NCBI GenBank assembly: GCA_964057225.1
Contig: OZ059894.1
Span: 12,710,001-12,774,000 of the forward strand
Reading direction: 5' to 3'
Origin: Auanema rhodensis
Lineage: Eukaryota; Animalia; Nematoda
Length of the DNA: 64,000 nucleotides
Made by a program: the position numbers and the translations under genes. Under the pieces are notes generated by a model, which worked only from the letters and a program-made list of their open reading frames with translations, was not told the DNA's origin and did no database searches. Of the stretch, positions 46,301 through 61,300 are shown in pieces (position 1 is the first letter of the stretch; the number at the start of each line of letters is the position of its first letter).

Positions 46301-49300
46301 GTTTCAAATCTTAATGAACGAATGAATTGTTTCAAAACTATTGTAAAAATATGAGATTGTTTCAAAATACGTGATTAAATGAAGAAAATGGAGTAAAATG
46401 AATTGGAAAATTATAAAATATTTCCATGTTTTATTTTCTTAGTATCAGAAAATTCAAATTAAGATCGTTTTTAATGTTTCAAATCTTAATGAACGAATGA
46501 ATTGTTTCAAAACTATTGTAAAAATATGAGATTAATTCAAAATACGTGATTAAATGAAGAAAATGGAGTAAAATGAATTGGAAAATTATAAAATATTTTC
46601 ATGTTTTATTTCTTGAGTTTCAAAATATTCAAACTTTTTTTTTTCACTGTTTAAAATTTTAATGAACGAATGAATTGTTTCAAAACTATTGTAAAAATAT
46701 GAGATTGTTTCAAAATACGTGATTAAATGAAGAAAATGGAGTAAAATGAATTGGAAAATTATAAAATATTTTCATGTTTTATTTCTTGAGTTTCAAAATA
46801 TTCAAACTTTTTTTTTTCACTGTTTAAAATCTTAATTAACGAATGAATTGTTTCAAAACTATTGTAAAAATATGAGATTGTTTCAAAATACGTGATTAAA
46901 TGAAGAAAATGGAGTAAAATGAATTGGAAAATTATAAAATATTTCCATGTTTTATTTTTTTAGTATCAGAAAATTCAAATTAAGATCGTTTTTAATGTTT
47001 CAAATCTCAATGAACGAATGAATTGTTTCAAAACTATTGTAAAAATATGAGATTGTTTCAAAATACGTGATTAAATGAAGAAAATGGAGCAAAATGAATT
47101 GGAAAATTATAAAATATTTTCATGTTTTATTTCTTGAGTATCAAAATATTTAAACTTTTTTTTTTCACTGTTTAAAATCTTAATGAACGAATGAATTGTT
47201 TCAAAACTATTGTAAAAATATGAGATTGTTTCAAAATACGTGATTAAATGAAGAAAATGGAGTAAAATGAATTGGAAAATTATAAAATATTTTCATGTTT
47301 TATTTCTTGAGTTTCAAAATATTCAAACTTTTTTTTTTCACTGTTTAAAATCTTACAGAACGAATGAATTGTTTCAAAACTATTGTAAAAATTTGAGATT
47401 GTTTCAAAATACGTGATTAAATGAAGAAAATGGAGTAAAATGAATTGGAAAATTATAAAATATTTCCATGTTTTATTTTCTTAGTATCAGAAAATTCGAA
47501 TTAAGATCGTTTTCAATGTTTCAAATCTTAATGAACGAATTAATTGTTTCAAAACTATTGTAAAAATATGAGATTGTTTCAAAATACGTGATTAAATGAA
47601 GAAAATGGAGTAAAATGAATTGGAAAATTATAAAATATTTCCATGTTTTATTTTTTTAGTATCAGAAAATTCAAATTAAGATCGTTTTTAATGTTTCAAA
47701 TCTCAATGAACGAATGAATTGTTTCAAAACTATTGTAAAAATATGAGATTGTTTCAAAATACGTGATTAAATGAAGAAAATGGAGTAAAATGAATTGGAA
47801 AATTATAAAATATTTTCATGTTTTATTTCTTGAGTTTCAAAATATTCAAATTTTTTTTTTTCACTGTTTAAAATCTTAATGAACGAATGAATTGTTTCAA
47901 AACTATTGTAAAAATATGAGATTGTTTCAAAATACGTGATTAAATGAAGAAAATGGAGTAAAATGAATTGGAAAATTATAAAATATTTCCATGTTTTATT
48001 TTCTTAGTATCAGAAAATTCAAATTAAGATCGTTTTCAATGTTTCAAATCTTAATGAACGAATTAATCGTTTCAAAACTATTGTAAAAATATGAGATTGT
48101 TTCAAAATACGTGATTAAATGAAGAAAATAGAGTAAAATGAATTGGAATATTATAAAATATTTTCATGTTTTATTTCTTGAGTATCAAAATATTCAAACT
48201 TTTTTTTTTCACTGTTTAAAATCTTAATGAACGAATGAATTGTTTCAAAACTATTGTAAAAATATGAGATTGTTTCAAAATACGTGATTAAATGAAGGAA
48301 ATGGAGTAAAATGAATTGGAAAATTATAAAATATTTTCATGTTTTATTTCTTGAGTTTCAAAATATTCAAACTTTTTTTTTTCACTGTTTAAAATCTTAA
48401 TGAACGAATGAATTGTTTCAAAACTATTGTAAAAATTTGAGATTGTTTCAAAATACGTGATTAAATGAAGAAAATGGAGTAAAATGAATTGGAAAATTAT
48501 AAAATATTTCCATGTTTTATTTTTTTAGTATCAGAAAATTCAAATTAAGATCGTTTTTAATGTTTCAAATCTCAATGAACGAATGAATTGTTTCAAAACT
48601 ATTGTAAAAATATGAGATTGTTTCAAAATACGTGATTAAATGAAGAAAATGGAGTAAAATGAATTGGAAAATTATAAAATATTTTCATGTTTTATTTCTT
48701 GAGTTTCAAAATATTCAAACTTTTTTTTTTCACTGTTTAAAATCTTAATGAACGAATGAATTGTTTCAAAACTATTGTAAAAATTTGAGATTGTTTCAAA
48801 ATACGTGATTTAATGAAGAAAATAGAGTAAAATGAATTGGAAAATTATAAAATATTTTCATGTTTTATTTTTTTAGTATCAGAAAATTCAAATTAAGATC
48901 GTTTTTAATGTTTCAAATCTTAATGAACGAATGAATTGTTTCAAAACTATTGTAAAAATATGAGATTGTTTCAAAATACGTGATTAAATGAAGAAAATGG
49001 AGTAAAATGAATTGGAAAATTATAAAATATTTTCATTTTTTATTTCTTGAGTATCAAAATATTCAAAATTATATCTTTTTTACTGTTAAAAACATTATTA
49101 ACTGGATGATTTGTTTGGAAATTATTGTAAAAATATGAGATTGTTTCAAAATACGTGATTAAATGAAGAAAATGGAGCAAAATGAATTGGAAAATTATAA
49201 AATATTTTCATGTTTTATTTCTTGAGTATCAAAATATTTAAACTTTTTTTTTTCACTGTTTAAAATCTTACAGAACGAATGAATTGTTTCAAAACTATTG

Positions 49301-52300
49301 TAAAAATTTGAGATTGTTTCAAAATTTGTGATTAAATGAAGAAAATGGAGTAAAATGAATTGGAAAATTATAAAATATTTCCATGTTTTATTTTTTTAGT
49401 ATCAGAAAATTCAAATTAAGATCGTTTTTAATGTTTCAAATCTCAATGAACGAATGAATTGTTTCAAAACTATTGTAAAAATATGAGATTGTTTCAAAAT
49501 ACGTGATTAAATGAAGAAAATGGAGCAAAATGAATTGGAAAATTATAAAATATTTTCATGTTTTATTTCTTGAGTATCAAAATATTTAAACTTTTTTTTT
49601 TCACTGTTTAAAATCTTAATGAACGAATGAATTGTTTCAAAACTATTGTAAAAATATGAGATTGTTTCAAAATACGTGATTAAATGAAGAAAATGGAGTA
49701 AAATGAATTGGAAAATTATAAAATATTTTCATGTTTTATTTCTTGAGTTTCAAAATATTCAAACTTTTTTTTTTCACTGTTTAAAATCTTACAGAACGAA
49801 TGAATTGTTTCAAAACTATTGTAAAAATTTGAGATTGTTTCAAAATACGTGATTAAATGAAGAAAATGGAGTAAAATGAATTGGAAAATTATAAAATATT
49901 TCCATGTTTTATTTTCTTAGTATCAGAAAATTCGAATTAAGATCGTTTTCAATGTTTCAAATCTTAATGAACGAATTAATTGTTTCAAAACTATTGTAAA
50001 AATATGAGATTGTTTCAAAATACGTGATTAAATGAAGAAAATGGAGTAAAATGAATTGGAAAATTATAAAATATTTCCATGTTTTATTTTCTTAGTATCA
50101 GAAAATTCAAATTAAGATCGTTTTCAATGTTTCAAATCTTAATGAACGAATTAATCGTTTCAAAACTATTGTAAAAATATGAGATTGTTTCAAAATACGT
50201 GATTAAATGAAGAAAATGGAGTAAAATGAATTGGAAAATTATAAAATATTTCCATGTTTTATTTTCTTAGTATCAGAAAATTCAAATTAAGATCGTTTTC
50301 AATGTTTCAAATCTTAATGAACGAATTAATCGTTTCAAAACTATTGTAAAAATATGAGATTGTTTCAAAATACGTGATTTAATGAAGAAAATAGAGTAAA
50401 ATGAATTGGAAAATTATAAAATATTTCCATGTTTTATTTTCTTAGTATCAGAAAATTCAAATTAAGATCGTTTTTAATGTTTCAAATCTTAATGAACGAA
50501 TGAATTGTTTCAAAACTATTGTAAAAATATGAGATTGTTTCAAAATACGTGATTAAATGAAGAAAATGGAGTAAAATGAATTGGAAAATTATAAAATATT
50601 TTCATTTTTTATTTCTTGAGTATCAAAATATTCAAAATTATATCTTTTTTACTGTTAAAAACATTATTAACTGGATGATTTGTTTGGAAATTATTGTAAA
50701 AATATGAGATTGTTTCAAAATACGTGATTAAATGAAGAAAATGGAGCAAAATGAATTGGAAAATTATAAAATATTTTCATGTTTTATTTCTTGAGTATCA
50801 AAATATTTAAACTTTTTTTTTTCACTGTTTAAAATCTTACAGAACGAATGAATTGTTTCAAAACTATTGTAAAAATTTGAGATTGTTTCAAAATTTGTGA
50901 TTAAATGAAGAAAATGGAGTAAAATGAATTGGAAAATTATAAAATATTTCCATGTTTTATTTTCTTAGTATCAGAAAATTCAAATTAAGATCGTTTTTAA
51001 TGTTTCAAATCTTAATGAACGAATGAATTGTTTCAAAACTATTGTAAAAATATGAGATTGTTTCAAAATACGTGATTAAATGAAGAAAATGGAGTAAAAT
51101 GAATTGGAAAATTATAAAATATTTCCATGTTTTATTTTCTTAGTATCAGAAAATTCAAATTAAGATCGTTTTTAATGTTTCAAATCTTAATGAACGAATG
51201 AATTGTTTCAAAACTATTGTAAAAATATGAGATTAATTCAAAATACGTGATTAAATGAAGAAAATGGAGTAAAATGAATTGGAAAATTATAAAATATTTT
51301 CATGTTTTATTTCTTGAGTTTCAAAATATTCAAACTTTTTTTTTTCACTGTTTAAAATTTTAATGAACGAATGAATTGTTTCAAAACTATTGTAAAAATA
51401 TGAGATTGTTTCAAAATACGTGATTAAATGAAGAAAATGGAGTAAAATGAATTGGAAAATTATAAAATATTTTCATGTTTTATTTCTTGAGTTTCAAAAT
51501 ATTCAAACTTTTTTTTTTCACTGTTTAAAATCTTAATTAACGAATGAATTGTTTCAAAACTATTGTAAAAATATGAGATTGTTTCAAAATACGTGATTAA
51601 ATGAAGAAAATGGAGTAAAATGAATTGGAAAATTATAAAATATTTCCATGTTTTATTTTTTTAGTATCAGAAAATTCAAATTAAGATCGTTTTTAATGTT
51701 TCAAATCTCAATGAACGAATGAATTGTTTCAAAACTATTGTAAAAATATGAGATTGTTTCAAAATACGTGATTAAATGAAGAAAATGGAGCAAAATGAAT
51801 TGGAAAATTATAAAATATTTTCATGTTTTATTTCTTGAGTATCAAAATATTTAAACTTTTTTTTTTCACTGTTTAAAATCTTAATGAACGAATGAATTGT
51901 TTCAAAACTATTGTAAAAATATGAGATTGTTTCAAAATACGTGATTAAATGAAGAAAATGGAGTAAAATGAATTGGAAAATTATAAAATATTTTCATGTT
52001 TTATTTCTTGAGTTTCAAAATATTCAAACTTTTTTTTTTCACTGTTTAAAATCTTACAGAACGAATGAATTGTTTCAAAACTATTGTAAAAATTTGAGAT
52101 TGTTTCAAAATACGTGATTAAATGAAGAAAATGGAGTAAAATGAATTGGAAAATTATAAAATATTTCCATGTTTTATTTTCTTAGTATCAGAAAATTCGA
52201 ATTAAGATCGTTTTCAATGTTTCAAATCTTAATGAACGAATTAATTGTTTCAAAACTATTGTAAAAATATGAGATTGTTTCAAAATACGTGATTAAATGA

Positions 52301-55300
52301 AGAAAATGGAGTAAAATGAATTGGAAAATTATAAAATATTTCCATGTTTTATTTTTTTAGTATCAGAAAATTCAAATTAAGATCGTTTTTAATGTTTCAA
52401 ATCTCAATGAACGAATGAATTGTTTCAAAACTATTGTAAAAATATGAGATTGTTTCAAAATACGTGATTAAATGAAGAAAATGGAGTAAAATGAATTGGA
52501 AAATTATAAAATATTTTCATGTTTTATTTCTTGAGTTTCAAAATATTCAAATTTTTTTTTTTCACTGTTTAAAATCTTAATGAACGAATGAATTGTTTCA
52601 AAACTATTGTAAAAATATGAGATTGTTTCAAAATACGTGATTAAATGAAGAAAATGGAGTAAAATGAATTGGAAAATTATAAAATATTTCCATGTTTTAT
52701 TTTCTTAGTATCAGAAAATTCAAATTAAGATCGTTTTCAATGTTTCAAATCTTAATGAACGAATTAATCGTTTCAAAACTATTGTAAAAATATGAGATTG
52801 TTTCAAAATACGTGATTAAATGAAGAAAATAGAGTAAAATGAATTGGAATATTATAAAATATTTTCATGTTTTATTTCTTGAGTATCAAAATATTCAAAC
52901 TTTTTTTTTTCACTGTTTAAAATCTTAATGAACGAATGAATTGTTTCAAAACTATTGTAAAAATATGAGATTGTTTCAAAATACGTGATTAAATGAAGGA
53001 AATGGAGTAAAATGAATTGGAAAATTATAAAATATTTTCATGTTTTATTTCTTGAGTTTCAAAATATTCAAACTTTTTTTTTTCACTGTTTAAAATCTTA
53101 ATGAACGAATGAATTGTTTCAAAACTATTGTAAAAATTTGAGATTGTTTCAAAATACGTGATTAAATGAAGAAAATGGAGTAAAATGAATTGGAAAATTA
53201 TAAAATATTTCCATGTTTTATTTTTTTAGTATCAGAAAATTCAAATTAAGATCGTTTTTAATGTTTCAAATCTCAATGAACGAATGAATTGTTTCAAAAC
53301 TATTGTAAAAATATGAGATTGTTTCAAAATACGTGATTAAATGAAGAAAATGGAGTAAAATGAATTGGAAAATTATAAAATATTTTCATGTTTTATTTCT
53401 TGAGTTTCAAAATATTCAAACTTTTTTTTTTCACTGTTTAAAATCTTAATGAACGAATGAATTGTTTCAAAACTATTGTAAAAATTTGAGATTGTTTCAA
53501 AATACGTGATTTAATGAAGAAAATAGAGTAAAATGAATTGGAAAATTATAAAATATTTTCATGTTTTATTTTTTTAGTATCAGAAAATTCAAATTAAGAT
53601 CGTTTTTAATGTTTCAAATCTTAATGAACGAATGAATTGTTTCAAAACTATTGTAAAAATATGAGATTGTTTCAAAATACGTGATTAAATGAAGAAAATG
53701 GAGTAAAATGAATTGGAAAATTATAAAATATTTTCATTTTTTATTTCTTGAGTATCAAAATATTCAAAATTATATCTTTTTTACTGTTAAAAACATTATT
53801 AACTGGATGATTTGTTTGGAAATTATTGTAAAAATATGAGATTGTTTCAAAATACGTGATTAAATGAAGAAAATGGAGCAAAATGAATTGGAAAATTATA
53901 AAATATTTTCATGTTTTATTTCTTGAGTATCAAAATATTTAAACTTTTTTTTTTCACTGTTTAAAATCTTACAGAACGAATGAATTGTTTCAAAACTATT
54001 GTAAAAATTTGAGATTGTTTCAAAATTTGTGATTAAATGAAGAAAATGGAGTAAAATGAATTGGAAAATTATAAAATATTTCCATGTTTTATTTTCTTAG
54101 TATCAGAAAATTCAAATTAAGATCGTTTTTAATGTTTCAAATCTTAATGAACGAATGAATTGTTTCAAAACTATTGTAAAAATATGAGATTGTTTCAAAA
54201 TACGTGATTAAATGAAGAAAATGGAGTAAAATGAATTGGAAAATTATAAAATATTTCCATGTTTTATTTTTTTAGTATCAGAAAATTCAAATTAAGATCG
54301 TTTTTAATGTTTCAAATCTCAATGAACGAATGAATTGTTTCAAAACTATTGTAAAAATATGAGATTGTTTCAAAATACGTGATTAAATGAAGAAAATGGA
54401 GTAAAATGAATTGGAAAATTATAAAATATTTTCATGTTTTATTTCTTGAGTTTCAAAATATTCAAATTTTTTTTTTTCACTGTTTAAAATCTTAATGAAC
54501 GAATGAATTGTTTCAAAACTATTGTAAAAATATGAGATTGTTTCAAAATACGTGATTAAATGAAGAAAATGGAGTAAAATGAATTGGAAAATTATAAAAT
54601 ATTTCCATGTTTTATTTTCTTAGTATCAGAAAATTCAAATTAAGATCGTTTTCAATGTTTCAAATCTTAATGAACGAATTAATCGTTTCAAAACTATTGT
54701 AAAAATATGAGATTGTTTCAAAATACGTTATTAAATGAAGAAAATAGAGTAAAATGAATTGGAATATTATAAAATATTTTCATGTTTTATTTCTTGAGTA
54801 TCAAAATATTCAAACTTTTTTTTTTCACTGTTTAAAATCTTAATGAACGAATGAATTGTTTCAAAACTATTGTAAAAATATGAGATTGTTTCAAAATACG
54901 TGATTAAATGAAGAAAATGGAGTAAAATGAATTGGAAAATTATAAAATATTTTCATGTTTTATTTCTTGAGTTTCAAAATATTCAAACTTTTTTTTTTCA
55001 CTGTTTAAAATCTTAATGAACGAATGAATTGTTTCAAAACTATTGTAAAAATTTGAGATTGTTTCAAAATACGTGATTTAATGAAGAAAATAGAGTAAAA
55101 TGAATTGGAAAATTATAAAATATTTTCATGTTTTATTTTTTTAGTATCAGAAAATTCAAATTAAGATCGTTTTTAATGTTTCAAATCTTAATGAACGAAT
55201 GAATTGTTTCAAAACTATTGTAAAAATATGAGATTGTTTCAAAATACGTGATTAAATGAAGAAAATGGAGTAAAATGAATTGGAAAATTATAAAATATTT

Positions 55301-58300
55301 TCATTTTTTATTTCTTGAGTATCAAAATATTCAAAATTATATCTTTTTCACTGTTAAAAACATTATTAACTGGATGATTTGTTTGGAAATTATTGTAAAA
55401 ATATGAGATTGTTTCAAAATACGTGATTAAATGAAGAAAATGGAGCAAAATGAATTGGAAAATTATAAAATATTTTCATGTTTTATTTCTTGAGTATCAA
55501 AATATTTAAACTTTTTTTTTTCACTGTTTAAAATCTTACAGAACGAATGAATTGTTTCAAAACTATTGTAAAAATTTGAGATTGTTTCAAAATTTGTGAT
55601 TAAATGAAGAAAATGGAGTAAAATGAATTGGAAAATTATAAAATATTTCCATGTTTTATTTTCTTAGTATCAGAAAATTCAAATTAAGATCGTTTTTAAT
55701 GTTTCAAATCTTAATGAACGAATGAATTGTTTCAAAACTATTGTAAAAATATGAGATTGTTTCAAAATACGTGATTAAATGAAGAAAATGGAGTAAAATG
55801 AATTGGAAAATTATAAAATATTTCCATGTTTTATTTTCTTAGTATCAGAAAATTCAAATTAAGATCGTTTTTAATGTTTCAAATCTTAATGAACGAATGA
55901 ATTGTTTCAAAACTATTGTAAAAATATGAGATTAATTCAAAATACGTGATTAAATGAAGAAAATGGAGTAAAATGAATTGGAAAATTATAAAATATTTTC
56001 ATGTTTTATTTCTTGAGTTTCAAAATATTCAAACTTTTTTTTTTCACTGTTTAAAATCTTAATGAACGAATGAATTGTTTCAAAACTATTGTAAAAATAT
56101 GAGATTGTTTCAAAATACGTGATTAAATGAAGAAAATGGAGTAAAATGAATTGGAAAATTATAAAATATTTTCATGTTTTATTTCTTGAGTTTCAAAATA
56201 TTCAAACTTTTTTTTTTCACTGTTTAAAATCTTAATTAACGAATGAATTGTTTCAAAACTATTGTAAAAATATGAGATTGTTTCAAAATACGTGATTAAA
56301 TGAAGAAAATGGAGTAAAATGAATTGGAAAATTATAAAATATTTCCATGTTTTATTTTTTTAGTATCAGAAAATTCAAATTAAGATCGTTTTTAATGTTT
56401 CAAATCTCAATGAACGAATGAATTGTTTCAAAACTATTGTAAAAATATGAGATTGTTTCAAAATACGTGATTAAATGAAGAAAATGGAGCAAAATGAATT
56501 GGAAAATTATAAAATATTTTCATGTTTTATTTCTTGAGTATCAAAATATTTAAACTTTTTTTTTTCACTGTTTAAAATCTTAATGAACGAATGAATTGTT
56601 TCAAAACTATTGTAAAAATATGAGATTGTTTCAAAATACGTGATTAAATGAAGAAAATGGAGTAAAATGAATTGGAAAATTATAAAATATTTTCATGTTT
56701 TATTTCTTGAGTTTCAAAATATTCAAACTTTTTTTTTTCACTGTTTAAAATCTTACAGAACGAATGAATTGTTTCAAAACTATTGTAAAAATTTGAGATT
56801 GTTTCAAAATACGTGATTAAATGAAGAAAATGGAGTAAAATGAATTGGAAAATTATAAAATATTTCCATGTTTTATTTTTTTAGTATCAGAAAATTCAAA
56901 TTAAGATCGTTTTTAATGTTTCAAATCTCAATGAACGAATGAATTGTTTCAAAACTATTGTAAAAATATGAGATTGTTTCAAAATACGTGATTAAATGAA
57001 GAAAATGGAGTAAAATGAATTGGAAAATTATAAAATATTTTCATGTTTTATTTCTTGAGTTTCAAAATATTCAAACTTTTTTTTTTCACTGTTTAAAATC
57101 TTAATGAACGAATGAATTGTTTCAAAACTATTGTAAAAATTTGAGATTGTTTCAAAATACGTGATTTAATGAAGAAAATAGAGTAAAATGAATTGGAAAA
57201 TTATAAAATATTTTCATGTTTTATTTTTTTAGTATCAGAAAATTCAAATTAAGATCGTTTTTAATGTTTCAAATCTTAATGAACGAATGAATTGTTTCAA
57301 AACTATTGTAAAAATATGAGATTGTTTCAAAATACGTGATTAAATGAAGAAAATGGAGTAAAATGAATTGGAAAATTATAAAATATTTTCATTTTTTATT
57401 TCTTGAGTATCAAAATATTCAAAATTATATCTTTTTTACTGTTAAAAACATTATTAACTGGATGATTTGTTTGGAAATTATTGTAAAAATATGAGATTGT
57501 TTCAAAATACGTGATTAAATGAAGAAAATGGAGCAAAATGAATTGGAAAATTATAAAATATTTTCATGTTTTATTTCTTGAGTATCAAAATATTTAAACT
57601 TTTTTTTTTCACTGTTTAAAATCTTACAGAACGAATGAATTGTTTCAAAACTATTGTAAAAATTTGAGATTGTTTCAAAATTTGTGATTAAATGAAGAAA
57701 ATGGAGTAAAATGAATTGGAAAATTATAAAATATTTCCATGTTTTATTTTCTTAGTATCAGAAAATTCAAATTAAGATCGTTTTTAATGTTTCAAATCTT
57801 AATGAACGAATGAATTGTTTCAAAACTATTGTAAAAATATGAGATTGTTTCAAAATACGTGATTAAATGAAGAAAATGGAGTAAAATGAATTGGAAAATT
57901 ATAAAATATTTCCATGTTTTATTTTCTTAGTATCAGAAAATTCAAATTAAGATCGTTTTTAATGTTTCAAATCTTAATGAACGAATGAATTGTTTCAAAA
58001 CTATTGTAAAAATATGAGATTAATTCAAAATACGTGATTAAATGAAGAAAATGGAGTAAAATGAATTGGAAAATTATAAAATATTTTCATGTTTTATTTC
58101 TTGAGTTTCAAAATATTCAAACTTTTTTTTTTCACTGTTTAAAATCTTAATGAACGAATGAATTGTTTCAAAACTATTGTAAAAATATGAGATTGTTTCA
58201 AAATACGTGATTAAATGAAGAAAATGGAGTAAAATGAATTGGAAAATTATAAAATATTTTCATGTTTTATTTCTTGAGTTTCAAAATATTCAAACTTTTT

Positions 58301-61300
58301 TTTTTCACTGTTTAAAATCTTAATTAACGAATGAATTGTTTCAAAACTATTGTAAAAATATGAGATTGTTTCAAAATACGTGATTAAATGAAGAAAATGG
58401 AGTAAAATGAATTGGAAAATTATAAAATATTTTCATTTTTTATTTCTTGAGTATCAAAATATTCAAAATTATATCTTTTTTACTGTTAAAAACATTATTA
58501 ACTGGATGATTTGTTTGGAAATTATTGTAAAAATATGAGATTGTTTCAAAATACGTGATTAAATGAAGAAAATGGAGCAAAATGAATTGGAAAATTATAA
58601 AATATTTTCATGTTTTATTTCTTGAGTATCAAAATATTTAAACTTTTTTTTTTCACTGTTTAAAATCTTAATGAACGAATGAATTGTTTCAAAACTATTG
58701 TAAAAATATGAGATTGTTTCAAAATACGTGATTAAATGAAGAAAATGGAGTAAAATGAATTGGAAAATTATAAAATATTTTCATGTTTTATTTCTTGAGT
58801 TTCAAAATATTCAAACTTTTTTTTTTCACTGTTTAAAATCTTACAGAACGAATGAATTGTTTCAAAACTATTGTAAAAATTTGAGATTGTTTCAAAATAC
58901 GTGATTAAATGAAGAAAATGGAGTAAAATGAATTGGAAAATTATAAAATATTTCCATGTTTTATTTTCTTAGTATCAGAAAATTCGAATTAAGATCGTTT
59001 TCAATGTTTCAAATCTTAATGAACGAATTAATTGTTTCAAAACTATTGTAAAAATATGAGATTGTTTCAAAATACGTGATTAAATGAAGAAAATGGAGTA
59101 AAATGAATTGGAAAATTATAAAATATTTCCATGTTTTATTTTCTTAGTATCAGAAAATTCAAATTAAGATCGTTTTCAATGTTTCAAATCTTAATGAACG
59201 AATTAATCGTTTCAAAACTATTGTAAAAATATGAGATTGTTTCAAAATACGTGATTAAATGAAGAAAATAGAGTAAAATGAATTGGAATATTATAAAATA
59301 TTTTCATGTTTTATTTCTTGAGTATCAAAATATTCAAACTTTTTTTTTTCACTGTTTAAAATCTTAATGAACGAATGGATTGTTTCAAAACTATTGTAAA
59401 AATATGAGATTGTTTCAAAATACGTGATTAAATGAAGGAAATGGAGTAAAATGAATTGGAAAATTATAAAATATTTTCATGTTTTATTTCTTGAGTTTCA
59501 AAATATTCAAACTTTTTTTTTTCACTGTTTAAAATCTTACAGAACGAATGAATTGTTTCAAAACTATTGTAAAAATTTGAGATTGTTTCAAAATACGTGA
59601 TTAAATGAAGAAAATGGAGTAAAATGAATTGGAAAATTATAAAATATTTCCATGTTTTATTTTCTTAGTATCAGAAAATTCGAATTAAGATCGTTTCCAA
59701 TGTTTCAAATCTTAATGAACGAATTAATTGTTTCAAAACTATTGTAAAAATATGAGATTGTTTCAAAATACGTGATTAAATGAAGAAAATGGAGTAAAAT
59801 GAATTGGAAAATTATAAAATATTTCCATGTTTTATTTTCTTAGTATCAGAAAATTCAAATTAAGATCGTTTTCAATGTTTCAAATCTTAATGAACGAATT
59901 AATCGTTTCAAAACTATTGTAAAAATATGAGATTGTTTCAAAATACGTGATTAAATGAAGAAAATAGAGTAAAATGAATTGGAATATTATAAAATATTTT
60001 CATGTTTTATTTCTTGAGTATCAAAATATTCAAACTTTTTTTTTTCACTGTTTAAAATCTTAATGAACGAATGAATTGTTTCAAAACTATTGTAAAAATA
60101 TGAGATTGTTTCAAAATACGTGATTAAATGAAGAAAATGGAGTAAAATGAATTGGAAAATTATAAAATATTTCCATGTTTTATTTTCTTAGTATCAGAAA
60201 ATTCAAATTAAGATCGTTTTCAATGTTTCAAATCTTAATGAACGAATTAATCGTTTCAAAACTATTGTAAAAATATGAGATTGTTTCAAAATACGTGATT
60301 AAATGAAGAAAATAGAGTAAAATAAATTGGAATATTATAAAATATTTTAATGTTTTATTTCTTGAGTATCAAAATATTCAAACTTTTTTTTTTCACTGTT
60401 TAAAATCTTAATGAACGAATGAATTGTTTCAAAACTATTGTAAAAATATGAGATTGTTTCAAAATACGTGATTAAATGAAGGAAATGGAGTAAAATGAAT
60501 TGGAAAATTATAAAATATTTTCATGTTTTATTTCTTGAGTTTCAAAATATTCAAACTTTTTTCTTTCACTGTTTAAAATCTTAATGAACGAATGAATTGT
60601 TTCAAAACTATTGTAAAAATTTGAGATTGTTTCAAAATACGTGATTAAATGAAGAAAATGGAGTAAAATGAATTGGAAAATTATAAAATATTTCCATGTT
60701 TTATTTTTTTAGTATCAGAAAATTCAAATTAAGATCGTTTTTAATGTTTCAAATCTCAATGAACGAATGAATTGTTTCAAAACTATTGTAAAAATATGAG
60801 ATTGTTTCAAAATACGTGATTAAATGAAGAAAATGGAGTAAAATGAATTGGAAAATTATAAAATATTTTCATGTTTTATTTCTTGAGTTTCAAAATATTC
60901 AAACTTTTTTTTTTCACTGTTTAAAATCTTAATGAACGAATGAATTGTTTCAAAACTATTGTAAAAAATTGAGATTGTTTCAAAATACGTGATTTAATGA
61001 AGAAAATAGAGTAAAATGAATTGGAAAATTATAAAATATTTTCATGTTTTATTTTTTTAGTATCAGAAAATTCAAATTAAGATCGTTTTTAATGTTTCAA
61101 ATCTTAATGAACGAATGAATTGTTTCAAAACTATTGTAAAAATATGAGATTGTTTCAAAATACGTGATTAAATGAAGAAAATGGAGTAAAATGAATTGGA
61201 AAATTATAAAATATTTTCATTTTTTATTTCTTGAGTATCAAAATATTCAAAATTATATCTTTTTTACTGTTAAAAACATTATTAACTGGATGATTTGTTT